A DNA stretch of 64,000 bases, taken from the NCBI GenBank assembly GCA_964518595.1, contig CAZFHA010000022.1, positions 9-64,008 on the forward strand, given 5' to 3'. Position 1 is the first letter of the stretch. Every line of letters begins with the position of its first letter. This stretch comes from an uncultured Oscillospiraceae bacterium. Lineage in GTDB: Bacteria > Bacillota > Clostridia > Saccharofermentanales > Saccharofermentanaceae. Below the pieces are notes generated by a model. The model had not been told where the DNA came from. It did no database searches and was given only the letters and a program-made list of their open reading frames with translations. Below, one piece after another: positions 56,932 to 64,000 of the stretch. Position numbers and translations under genes: made by a program.

Positions 56932-57564
56932 GTGAAGACAGAAGCAGGATTGTTTGTTACATTTGAGGGAATCGATGGTAGTGGAAAGTCTACCCAGATT
57001 AAGGCTCTTATGTCATCGTTGGCGGATAGGAATCTGGAAGCGGTGTTGATACGAGAACCCGGCGGTACACGAATAGGTGAAGAAATTCGTCATTTGCTAT
57101 TGAACCGTGAGCACGATGGGATGTTTAGTCAAACAGAATTGCTTTTGTATGAAGCCGCCAGAGCTCAGATCGTCAGAGAAGTTATTGCTCCGGCTATCAA
57201 TGCTGGTAAGATTGTAGTTTGTGATCGTTTTTTTGATTCTACTACGGTGTATCAGGGGAGTGGGCGAGGGTTAAACGGACAGATGATTGAAATGCTTAAT
57301 GTTTTTGCAACAGGAGGATTGGAGCCACATCTGACTTTTTTATTGGATTTGCCTGCTACAGTTGCTAAGTCTCGGATGCAGATCCGTGCGGATGAGACAG
57401 ATCGCTTGGAGGCTGAAGGCGAGAGCTTTATGGAAAGAGTTCGCCAAGGTTATTTAAGCTTAGCAGAGCAATCAGGTCGATTCTGTATTATCGACGCAAC
57501 GAAACCTATAGAAGATATATCTAAACAGATTGATGCTAAATTTTGGGAGGTAGTGTACAAATGA
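56932..57564 (+). CDS. tmk: Thymidylate kinase
   Basis: FVTFEGIDGSGKSTQ, REPGGT and DRF..ST.VYQG. GTG start 9 nt after AAGGAG. Confidence 0.94.
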   Translation: MKTEAGLFVTFEGIDGSGKSTQIKALMSSLADRNLEAVLIREPGGTRIGEEIRHLLLNREHDGMFSQTELLLYEAARAQIVREVIAPAINAGKIVVCDRFFDSTTVYQGSGRGLNGQMIEMLNVFATGGLEPHLTFLLDLPATVAKSRMQIRADETDRLEAEGESFMERVRQGYLSLAEQSGRFCIIDATKPIEDISKQIDAKFWEVVYK

Positions 57565-57890
57565 AACTAGTATTTGCGATTGTTCATGATGAGGATAGCC
57601 CACGTTTGATGGCGGAGCTTAATAAGTCCGGGTATCGAATTACCAAGCTAAATTCTTCCGGTGGTTTTCTTCGTTCCGGTAACACAACATTGATGATCGT
57701 AGCTGAAGATGAGCAGATTGAAGAAGTAATGGGTTTAATTCGCAAGTATTCTTCCAGTCGCCAGTCGGCTATCAATACCAATGTTACCCCTTCAGCTATG
57801 GGTGGAGCTTACATTCCTTATCCCGTGGAAGTTATGGTAGGCGGTGCAACGGTATTTGTTCTAAACGTAGAGCAATTTGAGAAGATGTAA
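57561..57890 (+). CDS. darA: Cyclic-di-AMP receptor DarA (PII-like, YaaQ/DUF970)
   Basis: Close to B. subtilis YaaQ as I remember it: MKLVFAIVHDED...ITKLNSSGGFLRSGNTTLMI...PYPVEVMVGGATVFVL. ATGA overlap with tmk. Confidence 0.88.
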   Translation: MKLVFAIVHDEDSPRLMAELNKSGYRITKLNSSGGFLRSGNTTLMIVAEDEQIEEVMGLIRKYSSSRQSAINTNVTPSAMGGAYIPYPVEVMVGGATVFVLNVEQFEKM

Positions 57891-57895
57891 CTGTT

Positions 57896-58927
57896 ATGGG
57901 ATTTAACCGTATCATTGGTCAGGCTTTTGCCAAGGCTCGAATTCTTGAGCTTTGGTCTCAAGGGGCTGGCCATTCTTTCATCATTACCGGAGCTTCTGGA
58001 AGCGGCAAGAGCTTGTTTGCCCAAGAATTTGCACAATATTTACTTTGTCAAATTCCTGGAGCAGAGGGAGCTTGTGGTGAATGTAATGACTGTCATTACT
58101 TTCTTTCTGGGGCTCATCCAGATTATAAACTACTGGCGCCAAATAGTGGTGAAAAGTCCATTAAAGTAGCCGATGTTCGTAGCAAGATTGGCTCAGATGT
58201 ACGTGTTTTGCCTCAGATTGCTGGTCGTAAGGTTTATGTGATTGAAGCTGACGGACTCAATGAAGAGGGGCAGAATGCTTTGCTAAAGACTCTGGAGGAA
58301 CCACCGCCGGATGTCTTTTTTGTGTTGACTATTGTAGATGCGGCTAATTTGCTCCCTACAATACTTTCCCGTTCTTGCGTTATACCGATGATGCCTTCTT
58401 CGGAGAAGGAAATTATTGAAATTTTGCAGCAACAGCAGAGTTTTACGCCAGAAGATGCGCTTTTTTATGCTCGCTATTCCAATGGGATTCCCGGGCAAGC
58501 GATTAAGTTAGCTCAGAGTCAGTGGTTCATTGACCTGCGACAAGAAACAATGGAGCTCTTGTTAAAATTGCCAGTTGTTGATAAAGCTTATTTGCTGATA
58601 GACGGCTATACTTTTCTTGATGCCAATAAGGAGCATATATCCGAGATTTTATTACTTATTCAGCTCTTTCTGCGTGACTTGATGATTTTGCAAAGTCTTT
58701 CCAAGGCAGAAACCATCTTAAATCAGGACTACTATCAAGAATCCAGAGACCTGATAATTACGTATCATATTACTGCGCCTAATTTGATTAAAGCACAAGA
58801 AGCCGTAGCTTTTACTCAACGGGCGCTTAAAGGGAACTGCAGCTTCGAAAGTACAGCTTGCCAGTTGCTTTTATCACTACAAAAGGAGTTATTTCATGCC
58901 GAAAGTAATATCCGTCCGGTTTCATAA
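57896..58927 (+). CDS. holB: DNA polymerase III subunit delta'
   Basis: IIGQ...HSFIITGASGSGKS, Zn module CGECNDCH, and LLKTLEEPP...SRC. Confidence 0.9.
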   Translation: MGFNRIIGQAFAKARILELWSQGAGHSFIITGASGSGKSLFAQEFAQYLLCQIPGAEGACGECNDCHYFLSGAHPDYKLLAPNSGEKSIKVADVRSKIGSDVRVLPQIAGRKVYVIEADGLNEEGQNALLKTLEEPPPDVFFVLTIVDAANLLPTILSRSCVIPMMPSSEKEIIEILQQQQSFTPEDALFYARYSNGIPGQAIKLAQSQWFIDLRQETMELLLKLPVVDKAYLLIDGYTFLDANKEHISEILLLIQLFLRDLMILQSLSKAETILNQDYYQESRDLIITYHITAPNLIKAQEAVAFTQRALKGNCSFESTACQLLLSLQKELFHAESNIRPVS

Positions 58928-59888
58928 GGCCGGAAAGATGTACCATTTTGATCCAGGCGAACTGCATTTACGCTTGGGAGACCCGGTGATCGTCGAGACC
59001 AGTCAGGGGATAGATTTAGGTTACGTGGCTCAGGAGACTATGTTTCTGCCTGAGGATAAGTTAGTTTCGCCACTGCGGCCGGTATTGCGCTTGGCTGATG
59101 ATGGAGATTTGGAACAGAATCATCAGAAGGAACTTAAAGAGAAAGAGGCCTTCCGAATTTGTCAAGCTAAAGTTGAATCCAGAGGTCTGGATATGAATTT
59201 GGTTGACTCTGAATATAGCTTTGATGGGAAAAAATTGATTTTCTACTTTACCGCAGATGGCCGAGTCGACTTCCGAGAATTAGTTAAAGATTTAGCGGCA
59301 ATTTTCCGCACGCGAATCGAATTGCGCCAGATTGGCGTTCGGGATCAGGCTCGGATGGTTGGTGGTCTGGGTCTTTGCGGACGAGAGCTTTGTTGTTGCT
59401 CTTTTTTGTCAGATTTTGTACCCGTTTCAATAAAAATGGCAAAGGAGCAAGGTCTGTCCATGAACCCAACTAAGATTTCCGGTTCTTGCGGACGCCTGAT
59501 GTGCTGCCTGAAATATGAGCAAGAGGCCTATGAAGATGCCCATGCCCGGTTACCTCGTCAAGGTGATTTGGTTATGACTAAGGAGGGGCAGGGCTCTGTT
59601 TTACGTGTTGACTTACTGCGGGAGAAGGTTGAAGTCCGTTTAGAGCGGGAAGATATGGCCGACCTGGTGGTATTGCCTGCAGAAGAAGTTGAAATTTTAA
59701 CAAGACGTTCCAAAAAGGCTGGATCCTGTAAGAATGGTTCCTGCGCCAATCAAAAGAAGAAGAATAACCATAACAAGCCTGCCGAGGCAGCTACATTCCA
59801 TGAATTGGCTGAGACAGAGGAGGTTAGTTCTCTGGATTCTTCTGAATTGCTAGCTCTCTTAGATGAGGATAGTGAATTCGACCATTGA
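58896..59888 (+). CDS. ricT: PSP1-domain protein RicT (YaaT)
   Basis: VISVRFHKAGKMYHFD and Cys clusters GLCGRELCCCSF...GSCGRLMCCLKYE. It follows holB, as in Bacillus. AAGGAG lies 8 nt before the ATG, and the gene overlaps the holB 3' end by 32 nt. Confidence 0.9.
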   Translation: MPKVISVRFHKAGKMYHFDPGELHLRLGDPVIVETSQGIDLGYVAQETMFLPEDKLVSPLRPVLRLADDGDLEQNHQKELKEKEAFRICQAKVESRGLDMNLVDSEYSFDGKKLIFYFTADGRVDFRELVKDLAAIFRTRIELRQIGVRDQARMVGGLGLCGRELCCCSFLSDFVPVSIKMAKEQGLSMNPTKISGSCGRLMCCLKYEQEAYEDAHARLPRQGDLVMTKEGQGSVLRVDLLREKVEVRLEREDMADLVVLPAEEVEILTRRSKKAGSCKNGSCANQKKKNNHNKPAEAATFHELAETEEVSSLDSSELLALLDEDSEFDH

Positions 59889-59946
59889 TGAATAGCAATC
59901 AAATTAATTTTGTTGTTGTTTTACCTGATGACCTTTGTGGAATGAG

Positions 59947-59975
59947 TTGCAACGGGATTCTGGGGGTGGTACAAT
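59947..59975 (+). promoter_or_regulatory. Ferredoxin promoter with an extended -10
   Basis: TTGCAA, a 17-nt spacer, then TACAAT. The -10 is preceded by TGG, giving a TGn extended -10. Confidence 0.65.
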
Positions 59976-59987
59976 AAACAAGCGTAA

Positions 59988-60185
<198 letters not shown>

Positions 60186-60277
60186 GCATTTTTCGATGTA
60201 GTTCAAAGAATGCCTTTTTCGGGCGCATTAAGCTCGGAGGGCATTTTTTGTACCTATTTTTATTGGCGGTATAGGAA

Positions 60278-61063
60278 ATGGATGTTACACCTCTAACTAA
60301 AGATTTAGAATATACGGTTGAAGATTTGGGTCGTGGTGGCTACCGCTTACTTCAAGGTAACAGCGGTTTTCGCTTTGGAGAGGATACGGTGTTGTTGGCT
60401 CATTTTGCCGCCCAGTTTTCCAAGCGCCTGAATAAACCTTTGCGAGCTTTTGAACTTGGCGCTAATTGTGGCGCTGCCAGTATTCTGTTGGCTGCTAGAA
60501 GAGCAGATATATCCATTGACTCTGTAGAAATTCAAAAAGATGCTTTTCATTTTTTGGAGCAGAATGTTGCGATTAATAAATTAGAAGAGCGTATCAGGGT
60601 CTATTGTCTAGATGCACGCCTTTTGCTAAACCATAATCATACTGATCTTATTAAATCTTCTTATGACCTGGTGTTTATGAATCCGCCTTACCAAAGTGCG
60701 GATTTAGGGTTAACCATGCCTGAAGAAGAGGCTCTGCGCTATGCCCGTTTTGAGTGTAATGGTGATCTTGGTGCTTTACTTAAAGTGGGGGCTAAAATGT
60801 TAAGACCTATGGGGAATTTAGTTTTGGTGCATCGTGCCCAACGTTTGCCTGAAGTTCTAACAATGATGGCGGAATATAAACTGGGAGCCGTTTATCTGCA
60901 AATGGTACACCCCAGAGTGGATCGTGCAGCAAATCTTTTTCTCTTGATGGGTCAAAAGGGTCGTAAGCCGGGAGGTTTTCAGATTTTACCGCCCTTGTGT
61001 TTATATGATGAGATGGGCGAACCCTCTGCCGCACTGCAAGCTATTTACAGAGAAGAGGAATAA
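60278..61063 (+). CDS. SAM-dependent methyltransferase, YabB/TrmN6-like (N6-adenine NPPY type)
   Basis: FRFGEDTVLLAHFA, the SAM-binding ELGANCGAAS, and the catalytic FMNPPY. Its position corresponds to B. subtilis yabB. Confidence 0.8.
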   Translation: MDVTPLTKDLEYTVEDLGRGGYRLLQGNSGFRFGEDTVLLAHFAAQFSKRLNKPLRAFELGANCGAASILLAARRADISIDSVEIQKDAFHFLEQNVAINKLEERIRVYCLDARLLLNHNHTDLIKSSYDLVFMNPPYQSADLGLTMPEEEALRYARFECNGDLGALLKVGAKMLRPMGNLVLVHRAQRLPEVLTMMAEYKLGAVYLQMVHPRVDRAANLFLLMGQKGRKPGGFQILPPLCLYDEMGEPSAALQAIYREEE

Positions 61064-61073
61064 GGAGGTCACC

Positions 61074-61934
61074 ATGTTATATATTGTAGGAACACCCATT
61101 GGAAACCTTCAGGATTTATCTCCCCGTGCCCGTGAAGTGCTGGAACAAGTTGAGGCAGTTGCTTGTGAGGATACTCGGCGTACCGGCCTACTTCTAAACC
61201 ACTTGGGCATAAAGCAGAAATTAATCTCTTATCATGAGCATAATCGAAAACAGCGAGAAGGATACTTACTGGAACTGTTGAAGAATGGCCAAGATATTGC
61301 CTTGGTGAGTGATGCAGGGATGCCGTGTATTTCTGATCCCGGTGAACATCTGGTCAAGGCCGCTGTGGAAGTCGGGTTAGAGATTACGGTTGTACCGGGT
61401 CCTGTTGCGGCGGTTTCAGCCTTGGCTTTATCGGGACTTCCGGCGGAGCGTTTTATCTTTGAAGGCTTTTTACCTTCATCAGGGAAGGAACGGCGGCAGA
61501 GATTAGAAGAATTGGCTACCCATACTTTGACTTTTATCTTATATGAAGCCCCTCATCGTTTGGTAAAGACCTTGACAGACCTGATGGAACAAGGCTTGGG
61601 AGATAGGTCGGTTGCAATAGGTCGAGAACTGACGAAAAAGTATGAAGAGGTAATACGTCTATCTATAAAAGAAGCTGCTATATATTTTCAGGAAATACCT
61701 CCTAAGGGAGAATTTGTCCTCGTGGTGGCTCCGGGTAAGCCTTCCTCAAAGGCTGGGCATTTGCCTCAGGACTGGGAAGGGCAGATTGAGGCCTTATTAC
61801 TACAATCTCTTTCTGTGCGGGACATTTCTTCTCAGCTGAGTAAAGCTTGGGATCTGCCTAAGAATCAAGTCTACCAGTTGGTTTTAGCGGCGGCTAAGCA
61901 GCAGAATAATTCCGGTCGAGATGAAAGTTCCTAA
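61074..61934 (+). CDS. rsmI: 16S rRNA (cytidine1402-2'-O)-methyltransferase RsmI
   Basis: LYIVGTPIGNLQDLSPRA, VACEDTR, LVSDAGMPCISDPG and FEGFLP. AAGGAGG lies 6 nt before the ATG at 61074. Confidence 0.92.
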   Translation: MLYIVGTPIGNLQDLSPRAREVLEQVEAVACEDTRRTGLLLNHLGIKQKLISYHEHNRKQREGYLLELLKNGQDIALVSDAGMPCISDPGEHLVKAAVEVGLEITVVPGPVAAVSALALSGLPAERFIFEGFLPSSGKERRQRLEELATHTLTFILYEAPHRLVKTLTDLMEQGLGDRSVAIGRELTKKYEEVIRLSIKEAAIYFQEIPPKGEFVLVVAPGKPSSKAGHLPQDWEGQIEALLLQSLSVRDISSQLSKAWDLPKNQVYQLVLAAAKQQNNSGRDESS

Positions 61935-61940
61935 GGCCGT

Positions 61941-61969
61941 TTGTCATCCTTGGTGCTTTTCGCTATAAT
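61941..61969 (+). promoter_or_regulatory. Candidate metG promoter
   Basis: TTGTCA, a 17-nt spacer, then TATAAT, about 40 nt before the start. The leader is too short for a T-box. Confidence 0.6.
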
Positions 61970-62009
61970 CTCTACAGAATCCCATATGAACTACAGGAGG
62001 ATCATACCC

Positions 62010-63986
62010 ATGACAGGAAAGAAGCCCTTTTATCTAACAACCCCTATTTATTACCCCAGTGATAAACTACATGTTGGGCATACCTACACCACTGTGGCGG
62101 CTGACGCCTTAGCACGGTTTAAGAGAATGCAGGGCTATGATGTGATGTTTGTAACGGGAACAGATGAGCATGGACAGAAGATTCAGCGAAAGGCTCAGGA
62201 GAGTGGGGTTACACCCCAGGCTTACGTGGATAAAATTGTCGCTGGGATTAAAGACTTGTGGCAACTGATGGATATCACCTATGACCGTTTTATCCGTACC
62301 ACCGATGATTATCATGAATTAGCGGTGCAGCAAATTTTTCAAAAATTATACGATAGCGGTGATATTTATAAAGGGGTTTATCAAGGGCTTTACTGTGCAC
62401 CTTGTGAAGCCTTTTGGACAGAAAGCCAGCTGGTAGATGGAAAATGTCCGGATTGCGGCAGAGCCGTAGAAGAAACTAAAGAAGAGGCGTATTTTTTCCG
62501 TCTCTCAAAGTATCAAGATTTTTTGTTAGAATATTTTGGGGATCACCCAGATTTTTTACAGCCTCAGAGCCGGGTGAATGAAATGATCCAGAATTTTCTT
62601 CGTCCAGGTCTGGAGGATTTGTGCGTTTCTCGTACTTCCTTTGATTGGGGGGTTAAGGTTCCCTTTGATCCCAAGCATGTGGTGTATGTTTGGATAGATG
62701 CCCTATCCAACTATATAAATGTCTTAGGCTATCCTGAGGATAAAGAAGGGCTCATGGCTAAGTATTGGCCTGCCAACGTTCACCTAGTAGGCAAAGAGAT
62801 CGTTCGTTTCCATGCGATCATTTGGCCGGCTATGCTAAAAGCTCTGAACTTGCCCTTGCCTCAGCAGGTTTTTGGTCATGGTTGGCTACTGCTGGATGGC
62901 GGAAAAATGAGTAAATCCAAGGGCAATGTTATTGATCCGGTGATTTTGTGTCAACGCTTTGGTGTAGATGCTTTGCGTTATTTCCTAATGCGTGAAGTTC
63001 AGTTCGGTTCTGACGGAAATTTTTCTACCGAGACATTTTTACAAAGAATAAATACCGATCTTTGTAACGATTTAGGTAATCTAGTAAGCCGTACCGCTGC
63101 CATGATAGAGAAGTATTTTGGCGGAGTTTTGCCAACCGAGCGTCAAGCTGGAGAGTTTGATGAAGAGCTTACTGCTTTGGTTCAGGGGCTGCCGGAAGTG
63201 GTTTCGGGACTTATGGATCAGATGCATTTTTCAGCAGCTTTAGCCGAGATTTGGAAGGTCATTAGACGGTGTAATAAATATATTGATGAAACCATGCCTT
63301 GGGTTCTGGCCAAGGATGAAGCTAATAAACCCCGGTTAGCCAGTGTGCTCTTTCATTTGGCGGAAAGCCTGCGAATTATTGCCATCCTTTTGGAGCCCTT
63401 CATGCCTGCGACTCCGGCTATTATTCGCTGTAATTTGGGTATTGAAAATCCAGAGCACATGTCTTGGGAAAGTGCTGGAGTATACGGCCTTTATGGCAGT
63501 GGCGAAAAAGTAAATAAAACGGAATCCATGTTTCCGCGGTTAGATATTCCTAAGGAAATGGATGCCTTGGGGGCATTGGATAAGAGTGAAGAGAAGGCTT
63601 CGGAAGCTTCTCCAAAGGCTGCAGAATCTAAGGCTGAGACTGCTGAGGGTATCGCTACCTACAAAACGATTAGCTATGACGAATTCTGTCAGGTGAAGCT
63701 TCAAGTTGGTAAAATTTTAGCTTGTGAAAAAGTTCAAGGTGCCGATAAGCTTTTAAAGTCTACCATTGATTTAGGTTCAGAAACACGTACGATTCTTTCT
63801 GGCATTGCTGAATCTTATAAGCCGGAAGAGTTGGTGGGGCGTTTGGTAGTGGTGGTGACTAACCTAGCTCCCAGAAAAATTCGCGGCATTGTCTCCCATG
63901 GTATGGTCCTCTGTGCCGTTACCAGTCAGGGCTATCGACTGATTACGCCTGATGCTCCCTGCCAGCCCGGGGATGAGGTGTCTTAA
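62010..63986 (+). CDS. metG: Methionine--tRNA ligase with a C-terminal tRNA-binding (Trbp111/EMAP-like) domain
   Basis: HVGH (HIGH motif), Zn knuckle CAPCE...CPDCG, KMSKS, and a C-terminal OB domain (KLQVGKILACEKVQGADKLL). AGGAGG lies 9 nt before the ATG at 62010. Confidence 0.96.
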   Translation: MTGKKPFYLTTPIYYPSDKLHVGHTYTTVAADALARFKRMQGYDVMFVTGTDEHGQKIQRKAQESGVTPQAYVDKIVAGIKDLWQLMDITYDRFIRTTDDYHELAVQQIFQKLYDSGDIYKGVYQGLYCAPCEAFWTESQLVDGKCPDCGRAVEETKEEAYFFRLSKYQDFLLEYFGDHPDFLQPQSRVNEMIQNFLRPGLEDLCVSRTSFDWGVKVPFDPKHVVYVWIDALSNYINVLGYPEDKEGLMAKYWPANVHLVGKEIVRFHAIIWPAMLKALNLPLPQQVFGHGWLLLDGGKMSKSKGNVIDPVILCQRFGVDALRYFLMREVQFGSDGNFSTETFLQRINTDLCNDLGNLVSRTAAMIEKYFGGVLPTERQAGEFDEELTALVQGLPEVVSGLMDQMHFSAALAEIWKVIRRCNKYIDETMPWVLAKDEANKPRLASVLFHLAESLRIIAILLEPFMPATPAIIRCNLGIENPEHMSWESAGVYGLYGSGEKVNKTESMFPRLDIPKEMDALGALDKSEEKASEASPKAAESKAETAEGIATYKTISYDEFCQVKLQVGKILACEKVQGADKLLKSTIDLGSETRTILSGIAESYKPEELVGRLVVVVTNLAPRKIRGIVSHGMVLCAVTSQGYRLITPDAPCQPGDEVS

Positions 63987-64000
63987 TGCGCTTGGTAGAT
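63986..64000 (+). CDS. Possible 5' end of a TatD-family hydrolase gene (only 5 codons visible)
   Basis: ATG overlaps the metG stop (TAATG). MRLVD resembles the TatD/YabD N terminus (M.L.D.H.H), and yabD follows metS in B. subtilis. Too little sequence is visible to confirm this. Confidence 0.25.

Noticed and set aside
61935-62009. A possible T-box or riboswitch leader before metG. The same question applies to glyA (39691-39773) and aroF (46665-46715).
   Set aside because: The leaders are only about 40-80 nt, far too short for a T-box. I saw no specifier or antiterminator architecture and no terminator hairpin.

Overview
About 64 kb of chromosome from a low-GC Gram-positive bacterium (Bacillota, probably a Clostridia-like anaerobe). 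This placement rests on a clostridial 2x[4Fe-4S] ferredoxin, a NifS/NifU pair and strong AGGAGG Shine-Dalgarno (SD) sites. The window is almost entirely housekeeping and densely packed, mostly on the + strand. In order it contains: an opp-type peptide ABC operon (minus strand, oppBCDF-A); tRNA-Trp; proC-rnhA-nudF-ftsK-folD-cinA-murJ; recA (with SOS box)-recX-rimO-pgsA; acpP-rnc-smc-ftsY; trmL; ylxM-ffh-rpsP-KH-rimM-trmD-(nucleoside hydrolase)-rplS-rbgA-rnhB-yraN; an aminotransferase-purB-cysteine desulfurase-thiI-PurM-like-FAH-glyA-rarA-nifS-nifU block; a PHP phosphatase; an M18 aminopeptidase; DAHP synthase; tRNA-Gln; a DeoR regulator; a DEAD-box helicase; and then the Bacillus-like ori-proximal block yaaO-tmk-darA-holB-ricT-(ferredoxin)-methyltransferase-rsmI-metG. 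I saw no CRISPR array, transposase, integrase, phage module or recognisable defence system. The only clearly accessory stretch is about 50.9-55.3 kb. It holds an XRE regulator, a 706-aa sialate-O-acetylesterase-like protein whose catalytic motifs all look substituted, an AraC regulator, and a 174-aa Asn/Arg/Pro-rich disordered basic protein. Smaller oddities are:
- a monocistronic ferredoxin cassette where Bacillus has yabA, next to ricT;
- a nucleoside hydrolase inserted between trmD and rplS;
- a probable CTG start on the thiI-linked cysteine desulfurase;
- a hairpin-split SD before the KH-domain gene;
- several palindromes and structured leaders;
- two small minus-strand genes nested between a + strand gene and the next + strand terminator.
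All family assignments come from reading motifs by eye and from memory of family consensus. No searches or folding calculations were run.
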